Assembly (NCBI RefSeq): GCF_006345805.1
Contig: NC_042997.1
Location: 36,456,001 to 36,520,000, forward strand
Length of the DNA: 64,000 bases
Source: Octopus sinensis
Taxonomy: Eukaryota
Direction: 5' to 3'
How positions within the stretch are numbered: position 1 is the first letter of the stretch; each line of letters begins with the position of its first letter. The position numbers and the translations under genes are program-made. Shown here piece by piece: positions 12,045 to 25,499 of the stretch. The notes beneath the pieces are model-generated. The model was not told where the DNA came from. It searched no databases and saw only the letters and a program-made list of their open reading frames with translations.

Positions 12045-12539
12045 AATATTTCCAGCACTCGCTGACACATTCTTTTATCTCTAAACAGTAACTGAATTAC
12101 ATCCGAAATCTACCTGCAATATATCTCTTCATATCGGCATAATAACAAGTGTACTATTGACTCGACTGTTCTCCATCTTTTCTTGTATTGCCGGTCAGTT
12201 TTCCCTCGTCAAAATCCATAGATTTTCTATATATGTTGATCAGTTTAAAGTTCATAGGGTCTGTGGTAATATATTTTCGTAAGGAACTTTGATTTTGAAT
12301 AATCCTAAGACAGTTGTTCAATATTCTCCGCCTCACTGTCATGACACCTACGCTATCTTCAATAGTTCGACTACTTTTCTAAACTCGTTGTACAAGCTGG
12401 ATTTAACTGGGAATTAGATATACCATTCCCATATAGGCGCAACCATAGCCGGATCGTTAAGGAATCCGCTTCACAGTGATGAGGTTTCGGTATGCAACGG
12501 TTTGGACAAATGACTCTAATATTGCGCTGGACCGACGAA

Positions 12540-12770
12540 AAATACCTATGAGTGGATTTGATAGGAAAATATTGAAAGCCCATCATGTCTGTATGCATAT
12601 AAGGTGCAGGAGTTGCTATGTGGAGACACGGGCGTGGTTGCGTGATTAGAATCCTGCTTTCCAACATGGTTCCGTAACGTTTTGGGCAAGGGTCTTATAT
12701 AAATATATAAACACTGTAGACCAATGCCTTATGAGTGGATTTGGTAGACGGAAACTTGAAAAATGCCTTA
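12540..12770 (+). mobile_element. Two SINE family B fragments
   Basis: 'atgagtggatttg(g/a)tag(a/g)...gaaa' at ~12548 and ~12731. Confidence 0.6.
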
Positions 12771-12779
12771 TTATGTATA

Positions 12780-12996
12780 CATGGAGATGCTGAAAACTTC
12801 CTGACTTTAGGGAAAAGAAAATATAGGCATATCAATAAATTATAATGTTAATCAACTTATTCCCCTCTCAGATTAAGACACACCTATTGCAGTGGTCCTT
12901 TAGTTTTTCTAATCCCTGTAAAGAACTCGGAAATTTCGGCCTACAACCATGCCTTTCGCGATAGCATTAATGCCAGGAACCTTTCAGCACATCTCG
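12780..12996. mobile_element. Tc1/mariner-derived MITE (~217 bp)
   Basis: Imperfect ~28-bp TIRs (catggagatgctgaaaacttcctgacttt / aatgccaggaacctttcagcacatctcg) flanked by TA on both sides; no ORF. Confidence 0.75.
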
Positions 12997-13329
12997 TATA
13001 TGTATGTCTGTGTTGGCGTGCGTGCATGTGTGTAGTTTAATGTACACAGTATATAGTTATGAGCTACTAATACGTGCATATTACACTGAAGGTATTTTGA
13101 TGACAGGTTTTAAAGCACGTCTGATATTTCCAACAATCAGGCTCTAAGTGCATGGCCTATACATGTTACACACCAAGATATTTCTCTAAAGATTACTTGG
13201 ACACGCTAGGCGTGTTTTAAAATCAACCTGTCTCGAAAATATCCTAAACACATAAAACTGTCGGTAGCTCAGACGGTATACACTAGACAATATTTATCTC
13301 TCACCAGATGGACTACGATTTCTGCCAAT

Positions 13330-13530
13330 CTTACGTTAATGGAAAAATAAAATTTGTGTGTGGGTATGTAATTGTCCAACACCAGAACCATCACTTGACA
13401 ACCGCTTTTTGATTGTTTACGAACCTGTAACTTAGACATCCGTCAGAAAGAGGTGGATAAGTACTAGGCTTAAAAGTATTTTCTGGTCAACTAAATTCTG
13501 AAAGCCGTGCCCCGGCATTCCAGCAATCTA
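13330..13530 (+). mobile_element. SINE family B 3' fragment
   Basis: 'cacttgacaaccg...gtaacttag...taagtactaggctta' matches the 3' half of 53096-53499. Confidence 0.65.
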
Positions 13531-13788
13531 AAGAGTGAAACGTAAAGATGAATTCCATGGAGTTGAAAGTGTCGTAATGGACCTTATTGGCATCTACTTA
13601 AGTCTGAAATTTTCATAATATCTACATGGTGTTCTTTCGAGATGACAGAATCTCGTATTTAAAGTGAAATTTTTAAACAACTGTTGAGGATATTAGGTCT
13701 CCAGATTATATGTTAGTAGTAGTTGTATTTTACTACCATCACCGTTTTCGTTATAATTATTATCATCATCATCAGTAGTAGTAGCAGT

Positions 13789-14375
13789 AAGGCGGCGAGC
13801 TGGCAGAAACGTTAGCACGCCGGGCGAAATGCGTAGCCGTATTTCGTCTGCCGCTACTTTCTGAGTTCAAATTCCACCGAGGTCGACTTTGCCTTTCATC
13901 CTTTCGAGGTCGATAAATTAAGTACCAGTTACGCACTGGGGTCTATGTAATCGACATAATCCGTTTGTCTGTCCTTGTTTGTCCCCTCTGTGTTTAGCCC
14001 CTTATGGGTAGTAAAGAAATAGGTATTTCGTCTGCCACTACGTTCTGAGTTCAAATTCCGCCGGGGTCGAGTTTGCCTTTTATCCTTTCGAGGTCGATAA
14101 ATTAAGTACCAGTTACGCACTGGGGTCGATGTAATCGACTTAATCCGTTTGTTTGTCCTTTTTTGTCCCCTCTGTGTTTAGCCCCTTATGGGTAGTAAAG
14201 AAATATATATTTTGCTCTTGGCTTTGGTCCGAGTTCCAATTCCACCGAGGTCGACTTTGCCTTTCATCCTTCAGGTTCAATAGATTAAGTACCAGTTGTG
14301 TACTGGTGTCGATCAAACTAACTGTCTCCATCCCAAGAAATGTCCGGCATTGTGCCTAAAGTAGAAAGGATTGTT
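13789..14375 (+). mobile_element. SINE family A multimer: head, two 184-bp tail-bearing units, then a third core with the alternative (ATT/AGT) tail
   Basis: Head aaggcggcgagctggcagaaacgttagc; units start gtatttcgtctg at 13839 and 14023; third core from ~14230 ends gtagaaaggattgttattagtagt. Confidence 0.92.
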
Positions 14376-16289
14376 ATTAGTAGTAGTAGTAGCAGCAACA
14401 GCAGCACATTCTTTAACAAGTGTAGTCCTGTTTTCACAGTATTTCGGCAGAAGCCGCTGAAATATCACTTGCATGAACTGATAGTCACGTGGGAATTTGA
14501 ACGAAAGAAAAATGAACAGAACATACGAGACAAAAGAAGAAATGTGCTGCAGATAAACAATAAAACAATATAGAGATAAAGCTTACCTGATTTCATTAAT
14601 CATAAAAGTAACAAAATTATGAATAACGTAATTTAAGGCAATTTCATTTGTATGGATTTTCTGAAGACTAAAATTGTATTTAAAAAATCTGTGATACATC
14701 CTGAGAAACTAATTGGCCGTCTCAACATCGTCTAAGATTCAGTTAAATTCAGTCGTTCTCTTCAATTTTAAAGATGGATGATATGACTAATAAAGTATTT
14801 AGCTACTATTTCAAGCAAGTTTAGCGTACACGTACAGGTCCTGTCATCATCTCATGACGTACGAGATGACGTCCATTTATACAACATAGACTGTGTTAAC
14901 AAGTGCATTTAAACTCTCAATACTTAGTGAGGGCTGTGTTCTAAGTTATGGTAACATGCAATCTCTACATTAATTCTTTTATTCATTGTTATAAGTGTTA
15001 TTATTCAGATACTTATTAATTCGAATGTTGAGTTATTGTTTCTTTGTTTAACGTCATCGTTAAATGTTGTGAAACATTTACGTCATTGTACATGGGTGTT
15101 ACTTTCAGATTTAAGCCGTTGCTTCTCCTGATATTATTATCGTTGTTCATAGACCTTTGTACCCTAAGCACAAAGCATTAAAGTTGGTGGAAGGAGGCAA
15201 ATCAATTACATCGACCCAGTGCTTCGCCGGAATTTAATTTATCGACACAAAAAGGAGGATACTCAAAGTCAACCTTGGAAGAATTTGAACGCAGAACGAA
15301 AAGCAGAAGAAATACGGGCAAGCATCTTGTCCTGCGTACCAGTGATTCTGTCAGTGCGTAGCCTTATTTTCATTTTTATACTGGATACTCTTCGTTTGTT
15401 TCAGATTATCGTAAATCGAACAATCTTATAATCAAAACCACAATTATTTCCTTCTTTGCTTTCTTCAAGTATTGTAGATTTCTGTTTCTTCTCGAGACAT
15501 AAGTTTAAAGAACGACTTGTGTTGAATCTGTCTTGTACTAACACTGTAACATAATTTTAGATAGTTCTAGCAATATAACATGTACGTTTGTTGCCTATCC
15601 GTGCGTTTTATATCATCTGTTCACAATAGTGTATGGTTCGATAATCATGGATACTGGAAATTATGCGGTACTTGGATCACACACACACATTCACACACGC
15701 ACACACACACATCTGAATGTATTGCTAAGGTAAGGGACAACAGATCTCGTCAAGATGGATTTGCTTGTCTAATACCCGAAATTTGCAAAGCCTTCACAGG
15801 TTTGTGCTGAGTTGCGTATCACTGAGTTAAAGAGCAAGGAACTAACGATGCAGGACGAAAGGCCTACTTGCTCAACAAGATGCGATTGAAAAATACAGAA
15901 CACTGTAGAGAATGCTGACTTATTAGTGCGAGCACATCATCTGTGAGAGAAATATATTTTATCTGTAGGCGAAGATTTCGACCGAAAATTGAGGATTGGT
16001 TTTTTTTTCCAGTACTATATAGCACTACTTCTACACTGTACTTAATTTTTGCTATTGTTTCCTGTCAGCGCACTGTTGAAAGTTCTATCGTAAAATTCCA
16101 TGTATTTTATCCTCATTTTAGTCGGGAAATTATTCCAAGAAACGAGATCTCTTGACAATCGTTCTCAAAGCATATCTAACAGGCCTGAGGCAAATTGTCT
16201 ATTCTCATATCCAAACTTTTGATAACTTCTTGAAATTTCTAGTTCAGTAATCATTTGGACATACAAACGTTATTTATAGTTATCGATTT

Positions 16290-16456
16290 AGGTGCAGGAG
16301 TGTCTGTGAGTACGAAGTTTGCGTCCAACTATCATAGTTCTGGGTTCAGTTGCAATGCGTGGTACATTGGCGAAGTGTCTTCTTCTATAGGTACGGGACG
16401 ACCAAAGTCTGTGAATGGATTTGGTAGACGGAAACTGAAAGAAATTATCGTGTGCG

Positions 16457-16504
<48 letters not shown>

Positions 16505-16538
16505 TTTTAGGTAGTTCTAGCAATATAACATGTACGTA

Positions 16539-16587
<49 letters not shown>

Positions 16588-16735
16588 GTGTATGTGCGTG
16601 TTTGTCCCCCACTGCCGCTTGACAACCGAAAGAATAAGTATTAGGTTCTTTTAAAAAAACCTACTGGGGTCGAATTCTTCAAGGCAGTGCCCCAACTTTG
16701 TGCTATCTAATGGTTGAAACAAGTAAAGGATAAAA
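16290..16735 (+). mobile_element. SINE family B with expanded internal (TA)n
   Basis: gttctgggttcagt B-box-like, 'gtgaatggatttggtagacggaaactgaaagaa', then 'gcttgacaaccg...aagaataagta'. Confidence 0.8.
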
Positions 16736-18217
16736 GGCACAATATTGCGTTCAGAATTTTACAGACAGACTACGAAGCAAATTCTTTCTTGCTTTAAACC
16801 GTTTGTAGCTAATTTTCTTTATATCTATTTTATTGTTCGGCCAAAACTTGAGTATAACTTACGCAAAGTAAATTTTCGCACAGCGTTATATCAAATACTC
16901 TTGGGCATATGTTTTCTGTGATGTAGTTGTCAGAAACTGAGATTCATAATATTTTTGGTGAGTTGTAGTAGTAGTAGTAGTAATAGGGTATGTGTAGGTT
17001 TAAGTAGATGGATGTTAGAATCTGTCATCCATTTTAATAGTTCTAGTAAACTCTACTCATACCTTGATGGCTTTATTCATCCTCTCAATTAAGAAATAGT
17101 TTGCACCAATAAATTTATCTTGCAAGATACAGCATATTGAAACCATAATCCAGGTCATATCATCTTTAATATTGCTAACACTTAAAGTATGTAAAATTTA
17201 GTACGATATTTCAAATGAATTACTTGTGAACAGTTCAAATATTCCAGTTCGTTATATCGTTCAACTAATACTATGTAAGTTACATGTGTACAGTAAGATA
17301 AGAGATTGGAATTTCTTGGACATTGACATAGCGTATCGAATGCAGCTGAATAATCAAATTATTTACTCTTAGAACCTTAATCTGACAGGTTAGCAACACC
17401 GATGTATGCAGACTCTACAGATAATGTAATCTATTAAATTAAGAAGCGTGCGACGGAGATATGCTGTCCAATTTCTGTACATGCTTAGTTTTGCACAAAT
17501 TAAATTTTGCTGTGGTGATAGTTTTAGGTTAAAATTCAAGTTAATGAGAGCATGTGATTGCGTATCGTGACTTCAATATTCTTTTGCATCTCATTTTGCT
17601 TAGTATAGATTAGGCATGTATTTCACCAGTCTCAAGCATGCACTGATACGAATATTGTTAATTGTACATTTATAAGGAAACTAGAAATCGTTAAAATCTA
17701 GTTATTGATAATTCAATCTCACATTAGGACTAGATTTACATACACATTGATTATGCCAATTGCTCTATGCTGTAATAAATATTTCATGTTAGTTGTATGT
17801 TTGCTTATGATTGATGCATTGCTAATTATCGTTGTGACGTTGCATGATGATTTCTCTTATGGAATATAAAATATACAACGAGCTAGTGGCTTCCGTGTTA
17901 CCTTCTATTAGCAAAATGTACAGCATTTTCCATATGTCTATTTCAATATTGTTGTTGAAATGCAGAATCTGTAATAAACTTATAATTTCATGAAATTCTA
18001 TCATGGCTCCACTTACATTGCAAACGAGTTCAGTTTTATTTTCCTTTTTTTTTTTTTAAGTTTCCATTTTTTGAAACTGTCTCGGACAGAAACTTATTCC
18101 AGTATAATTTTAATGTCGGCTTTAAGGAAATTGTCAAAATGTTACATAATACAGCATATAAAATACTTACCGCATATACATGCACACACAAGCACTGATA
18201 CATGCACAGCTGCACAC

Positions 18218-18255
<38 letters not shown>

Positions 18256-19222
18256 GAAAAAATGTTGCATACACATAGACATACATATGAAATTTCCTTT
18301 CTATGATTATATCGATATTTGTTTGCACTTATGAGCACAGGAATATATTAAAGTAGATTTCTTCTAATAACGTCTAAAAACCCGATTGCCAGTTATCAAT
18401 AATGTACATTAATTCCTTTTGTTTTCAAAGCAGTTGTTGGCTTTATCTATCCCCCTAACAAGTTTTCACAACACGATAGTGTGGTCCTCAAATTTAGAAA
18501 AAAGACATTTCATAACAACAAATTAAAAACCTAAGCACCAGAAAGACAGGCAGACTACTGCTACTATGTAAGTCTTATCTATTTAAGAAAACCTATTGCA
18601 TCGACAAATTTATGAAAACCGTTTTTAAGTAAATAATACTGTTTATAAATAAGTACCTTGCAATGGCAACGACTACCAAGTGTGCACAACTAAAAGAATC
18701 ATATTCATGAAATCTCGAAATGACTTATACCACATCGAATGTATGACGAATTTAGAATGTGGGGTCACCACCATATTCTATGAAGATGTAACGGCTCAGT
18801 TTCATAGAATTTGCGCCCACTAGCGAGAATACAATTAAAAGAAGCAAACACCTATAATCGTTTACCATGCTATGCAGAAGTACAAATAAACGATAAAAAT
18901 GTTGAAGTAAAAAAAGTTTTCCTGACTTTTGAAACACCAAACAATAAAACACACGAGGGAAATGAAACAAATACAAGAAACGCATCTCTATTCAATATAA
19001 AGAACGAAGGTTTGTTAATGCTATTTAACCACAACATACAATGAAGGGGGAATAACCATGAAACGAAATAGTCATTCACCATTACATATACAGGTATATT
19101 TTTATGTCAGCAGCAACAAGATGAAGCGAACTGTAGAAATAAACAAATAAAATAACACGTCATCTATTGAAATATAATAAATTATCAACTGTAAAATTGG
19201 TTACAAATCATATATTTTACTA

Positions 19223-20454
19223 TTGGGTTGGCAACTAAATTCCCGCCGATTTTTTAAAATTTGAAATTTAGTACGTTTTTAAATTTTGGAATCTATATTT
19301 TTCGAGAATTCCTTTTTTTTATCATTTTGGAATCTATTTTGTTTATTTTCTAGTTAAGATTGGTTAATTTTTGTTTATTTTCAGATTATTAAAATGGAAT
19401 GTCAAGTTAGGAAAAACGAGTTTTTTCGACACCTCGTCCATTTTTTTTTCATCAAGGTTCTAAGGCGGCAAAAGCTGTTCGCAACATTTGTGCTGTGTAT
19501 GGAGATGATGCCATAGCTGAAAGAACCGCTCCTGATTGGTACGCCAAGTTTTAAAAATGGAAATTTTGACCTCAAAGACGCACCTCGTTCTGGCTGTCCA
19601 GTTGAGTTCGACGAAGAAAGGTTAAACCAACTCTTGTACGAAAAGTCTCGCCAAACGACAAGGGAACTGGCAGAGAAAATAGAATGCTCCCATACTGCTA
19701 TAGAGAAGCATCTTCACTCGAGGGGAAAAAATTCAGAATTACGGAGCATGGGTTACTTAAAAGTAACAACAACAAAATCAACGAGCCACAATCTCCGCTG
19801 GTTTGTTTGCTCGTCAACGCTCAACTCGGACACAAGCAACGATTTATTTACCGAATCGTTCCTGGCAACGGAAAAGGGTTCTTGTACATCAATATGAAGC
19901 AGCGTGAGGAATGGCTTAGCCCCGGTAAACAAGCAACACTGCGCGTGAAACAAGATATTCATCCGTGTAAAACGATGTTGTGCGTATGGTGGGACTGGGA
20001 AGGGATTATCCACTACGAATTGCTTGAATAGAGCCAAACGTTCAACAGATGTAACGACTCAACACGGCTATTCAAGAGAAAAGACCTAATCGACAGCATG
20101 AAGTTCTTCTGCTGCACGACAACGCCCGCACTCATATCGCCAATATGACCCAGGGGGCCATTCAAACGCATGGCTGAGAAGTGCTGCCACACCCGCCGTA
20201 CTCTTTGGATCTCTTTCAAATGTTATGCACAGAGTTTTGTTTAAAACTAATGCAGAATTGAGAGCTTTGTTGGATCATACTTCGATTCGAAATCGGATGA
20301 TGTCTACCAACGAGATATTGAAAATCGTGTTGAACGTTGGGAAGAAGTTCTAAACAACAAAGGTGAATACATTATTGATTAATTAGTTATTTTATATTAA
20401 GACTTTTAAAAACTTTAAAATAAAAAAAAGGCGGCAACTTAGTTGCCAATCCAA
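19223..20454 (+). mobile_element. Full-length mariner DNA transposon (1232 bp), non-functional
   Basis: TIRs ttgggttggcaactaaattcccgccgattttt (19223-19254) and its imperfect inverse (20423-20454); TA at 19221-19222 and 20455-20456. Confidence 0.95.
19394..20382 (+). pseudogene. Mariner (DD34D-type) transposase pseudogene
   Basis: MECQVRKNE..., DLKDAPRSG.PVEFDEERLNQLL, KTMLCVWWDWEGIIHYELL, LLLHDNARTH, EVLPHPPYSLDL; several frameshifts and stops. Confidence 0.92.
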
Positions 20455-20456
20455 TA

Positions 20457-21010
20457 TAATGGGCGTTGTGTCTCTCTGTCTGCTTCCTCTTTACGGTCAA
20501 TCGGCTGGACCAATGGTCACGATGTTTATCAAGATTACGAGGAAGGTATTCAGGAAGATTTTTGTGAAACAAATTCGAAAAAGTATTATTATTTAATAGA
20601 TATTGTGTTTTGTATCAATGTATCACTTTTAATTTGTTTTGTTGAAATTCCGGTGACGAAGATTAACTTTGGATTCACAGCCCGTATATTGTGAAGTTAG
20701 AGGGTTGATATTTGCAATACTATCCCTCTATTTCCCATCATAGATGGGCAGATTTGCTATCGTAATATAATGGGCGTTATGTCCATCTGTCTGTCCATCT
20801 GCCTGTCCATCTGTCCGTCTCTTTGTCTGTTCCATTTTGACGGGCAGACGGCTGGACCAATGGCTGCGATATTTTTAAGGATTACAAAGACGGTCGTCAG
20901 GAAGGTTTTACAATTAAAAAAAATGATTACTACGTGGATATCGATTTCTATATTAATAAACCACCTTCGCATTTTTATTAAAAAATCACCGACCACGAGT
21001 AACTATGGAT
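20457..21010 (+). mobile_element. Two tandem non-autonomous Helitron/Helentron(DINE)-like 5' modules
   Basis: 'tataatgggcgtt.tgtc...(gtct-type repeat)...cggctggaccaatgg' at 20455-20590 and 20766-20900; family assignment from architecture only, no clear CTAG hairpin end. Confidence 0.45.
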
Positions 21011-22787
21011 TTTCATCGTATACTTACTGACTCCATAGTAGATACGAAGAGTGTTGCAAGGACAGTTAATAGCGTCAATAAAATGGAAAATGTTGTCAGT
21101 ACATAGTGTATGTGATTGTTTAGTGGTTATTGAAGTTTCTCAGTCTCGTGCAGGATTCGAAACGACTGTTGTTTACACCACAGTTTTATCAATAAAAATA
21201 ACCCAGTGTACCAGAAAATCCGGACATTATTCGCGTAGCACAGTGACAGGTAAAGCTCAGTTTGATTTTTTGCAACCCTGAAGATTCCGCTCGCGCATTC
21301 ACAGCAAACAAAGCATAGGGCCAGAGTTAAGATCCTGTAGGTATACTTCTTCCCATTCCGATATTTACACACGGCCAGTTATCGCTGTGAATAGAGCAAC
21401 GGACGCCAGCATTTTAAAAATTAGTGTCAAGCAAACAGAAGATATCGTCTACAAAGAAGTTTTATAACAATATTGAGATTATCGAAATGAACACGATTCA
21501 TAATATAAATAAGGAACTTTGTCATGTTTGAATGTATAAGATTATAAACGAGCGCAAAACAGTGTAAACAACTGAAATAAAAATATACCTAAATAACATT
21601 TTTTTCTTAATACTTTTAATGTAGTGGTCGAAGGAAGCACTGGTTTCCTTAGGAGTGGTCCACATAACGATTCAAGAAACAGAGGCTGAGAGCCTATTTC
21701 ATTTCGGGAGTGAATCGCCATCACGTCACTTAGTCGCAAACACATATCATATAGTTGAAATAGCATGCTATATAAGCAATAGTAATTCGATTTCTCTAAG
21801 ACTTCACCCAGTAATCTATCAAGTCCTTTTACACATTTCTCCCTACACAGTGTTGTTATGACTTCCTTCGTTCATTTTATGCCTCCGTCGTAGAAGTGTA
21901 GGTTTTCTAGTGTATATAATTATATATAAATAGATCTATTTAAATGGTTTCAGTTTGCTATTGTAAAAGTTTTTAATAACAGATATAAATGAAGTGCAAC
22001 TGCGTTTGTACGAAGGCGAACAGCAAAAGTTGAGTGCGTTTACAGCCTTAAGTAGTGACATTAATCTAAAATTAAATACATATTGGTTCCTACAGACATT
22101 TGTCAATGAAGATTCTTGCAAAGCAAGGGAATAAACAAATTAGATTCTTCCTAACGAATCGACTGTGGGTGAAGATTGTTGAGACGAAGAAATTAGAAAC
22201 TGGATCGTTGAACATTCCCTTTCATTATTTTAGGATAGGGAAGCTGAATCCGTTATGATTTGAAAGTGAATTATGATATGTTCCCGTAATTTATAGCGTG
22301 CTTTAAAAGATTGGAAAGGAAATGTAATATTTTATCCGTTCTTTTCCGGATTCACAACAGTAATGAAAGCAAACAAATCATTATGTTAAACTGTATCACA
22401 TTCTGAGTTTGAAATTAATATTATTTTAAAAGCTGTGCAATTTACATTAAGAGAAAAAAAACTTTACTGAAAGGCTTTGAATGCACATCACAATTTATTA
22501 AACATTAATATGAAGCTCACCTCACAATTACTCTAATAAACTCAAGTACATCATGAAATTTAAATGTCTCTTCTGTCTTTAACAACCTGCCTAGGTTAAT
22601 GAACAAAACAGCTAATTTTGCATAAATTTAGGAAACTAAATTTGCTGAGAAAGTTAGTTAGATACAACTGAATTCAAAAGGTATTAAAAGTAAGAGTTTA
22701 TCTTAAATATTTGGTTTTATTAAAGTGGAACTAGTAATTATTATAATTTTCGTGCTGGCCATTTTTGGATCTGTTGCGTCATCACAT

Positions 22788-23150
22788 GGATGGAAACACT
22801 CCGTCGGTTACGACGATGAGGGTTCCGGTTGATCCGATCAACGGAACAGCCTGCTCGTGAAATTAACGTGTAAGTGGCTGAGCATTCCACAGACACGTGT
22901 ACCCTTAACGTAGTTCTCGGGGATATTCAGCGTGACACAGAGAGTGGCAAGGCCGGCCCTTTGAAAGTAAGGGTGAGAGAAAGTTGTGGTGAAAGAGTAC
23001 AGTAGGGATCACCACCATCCCTGCCGGAGCCTCATGGAGCTTTAGGTGTTTTCGCTCAATAAACACTCACAACGCCCAGTCTGGGAATCGAAATCGCGAT
23101 CCTACGACCGCGAGTCCGCTGCCCTAACCACTGGGCCATTGCGCCTCCAC
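22788..23150 (-). mobile_element. tRNA(Arg)-derived SINE (octopus OR-like), full length
   Basis: Reverse-complement head GTGGAGGCGCAATGGCCCAGTGGTTAGGGCAGCGGACTCGCGG...TTCGATTCCC with A and B boxes and a TCG anticodon-like loop; 12-bp TSD gcgtc(a/t)tcacat at 22776-22787 and 23151-23162. Confidence 0.9.
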
Positions 23151-23284
23151 GCGTCTTCACATACGCGCTTGGGAATCAATGTTCGTCGTGAGATCTATAT
23201 TGTCGATTGAAACATTTCTTTTAACTCGTTTATCATACATTTCGCACTGATCGAAACACGTAGGAATAGCAACTGCATCAATGC

Positions 23285-23490
23285 CCATGTCACGCCGGCA
23301 GAATCAGTTGGCTGTCGGATAAAAAGATTTTCGGCATTTCTTCCGGTTCTTTTCTAGTTTAAAATCTCCTCGAAATCAACTTCGTCTCTCCATCCACCAG
23401 GGTGGAGAAAATAAGATATCTGTCATATATTGGAAATGGTGGATTCGATTAAGCTTGCCCTCTCGAAGTTGCTAATCTCATACCTAATAA
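23285..23490 (+). mobile_element. SINE family A, old decayed copy
   Basis: 'ccggcagaatcagttggc...ttcggcatttc...gaaatcaacttcgtctctccatcc' colinear with the family A consensus. Confidence 0.55.
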
Positions 23491-23750
23491 GAAACAATTA
23501 TTAACGCTATAATTACTTAGGACCAGAGAAAACGGATGACCCTAGCTTCAACAATAAAAGATTGGTTTCCTAAATTTTGCGTTGTCTTTTCCTGTCTTTA
23601 TTCAAATTTGCGAAATTTTTTGAGGATCTGTACGTTTCTTATAATTCAATACAAGTGTATGGGTGAAGGAAAATTGAGAGGGAAAAAAGAAGCAAAGGCA
23701 ATTTAGGTTTTCATAAAATGGATTACAGATGTACGAACAACAAATAAGGG

Positions 23751-23793
<43 letters not shown>

Positions 23794-25499
23794 TTGGCTT
23801 ACAGCATTTTTGAAGTAAAGTAGTTATAATAAAGGGTTAACATTTTATAGCACACTTAAATAATGAATTATTAGGTGAAATATTATCCTAAATATCGTCC
23901 TTGTTGTTAGGTTACTGTCTGTTGTCATGTTCGTGGATATTGTCCATCATAATGTCCCTGGTTTGCGGTAATTTGTACAAAGCTTTGAACGGTTAGTGAT
24001 GGTTTATTTTACTAATTTGTCTTTAATGAATACTTGCTTATTTAATATATATTTGTACTTTTGATGTATTATCATGTATCCTAATTCTACAGCTATTGAA
24101 GTTATTTCTGTGATAATATCTACACATCAAATGGTATTAAATTCATAGCAATGAAAATGCTGGTTATGCTTTTATTGTTTTGAAAGCAACTTCCTTTCCA
24201 AGGACGTTTATTTCTGTCTGTATGAATTACAACTGATTTTATAACCGACGCAATAAAGTTTCGAATGTTACAGAATCAGCAAAGTACTTGATAAAATATT
24301 TACCGCTATTTGTTACTGTGCTTCGCCACTCACTTCAAATGCAGTTTATCTGCTTCCGCGTCGTTAAAATATGTACTATACAGTATGTTGACATGTAAAT
24401 ATTAAGTTGCGAGTGATAATGATACGTTGGTGTCACCAATATTAATGACTAAGAAAGTCGAGTATTGCCAATTGGTATATTTGGTTAATGGTTATTAGTT
24501 TAATGGCGGTTAAGCGTGGCAAATTAGAAGGCTACATTTGTACAAAGGCTGTAAGTTGCATTAATGGTTTCATGAGGCTTTGAAATATATTTACAGAAGA
24601 AAGAATTTCAAACTTAACATACCTTTTATTGAACTGTTACCAAGTTTAATCGCAGCTGCTGAGACGTAGAGAAATAGATTACAAATCTTACTCTGTTTGA
24701 AAAACTCTTTTCTTTGTATTTGTAGCAGGCTTACTATTTACTACGCGACTGAGGGAGAAGGAGATACACAGAGAGAAAAGGGAAAGAGTAGAGACAGAGA
24801 GAGGCGGGCATGATAACGCTGACAGCTTCTGAATGAAGAGAATGCTTGGTTACAATAAAAATTAAGTGAGTTATCTGGGTTGAGCTGAGTTTGAACTAAG
24901 ATGTTCAAGAATTTGACAGATGTTACGAATTTGGTGTGCAAACTGAGAAACACCGGAAAGTAACATGCTGGGGTATTTAGATGAAGGTTTCGATTCCGAG
25001 TTGAGGATTCAGTTCCTATTCTTTGGAGGTATATTAAATATGCTCCCTCCAAAATGCTTAGAATCAAAAGCATCCTTGACAGATATTTAAAATGAATATC
25101 TGCGACTGAAAGGAAATATCACATCTTATAAACTTAGATATGTTTCGACCAAAGATTGGTCCAGGCCATGTCTAACTTAATAGCACCACCTGATAGGATT
25201 ATTTGAGTCCTGTTTAAGTCAAGTTTTGTTTATGGTCCATTCAAGTAGTGAGTTTTTGTTGGGTTAGTTGTTAATTTACGTTACTTTTAAAACCGATGAC
25301 GGGCGAAGCTCTAACCCAGGCATTCAAGAATATATAGTAATTAATATTTAAGGTCATTTTCAGGGAAGACCGATGAAGATTGTGACAATATTGGAAGTCA
25401 TAAATGTTAATGTAACATTTGGCGAAAAGTGGTCGATTGAGAGCAAGCCGGGCAAAGCAAGGCTGTTAAATAATAACAGCTCTATATTCTGTAGCGAGT

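Noticed and set aside
12060-12360. 62-aa minus ORF MTVRRRILNN...
   Set aside because: No recognisable motif or splice context; possibly an old ORF1 relic, not assignable
14588-14661. Minus-strand exon candidate KIHTNEIALNYVIHNFVTFMINEI with CAG|gtaagc
   Set aside because: Very AT-rich, no homology, no partner exon; plausible by chance
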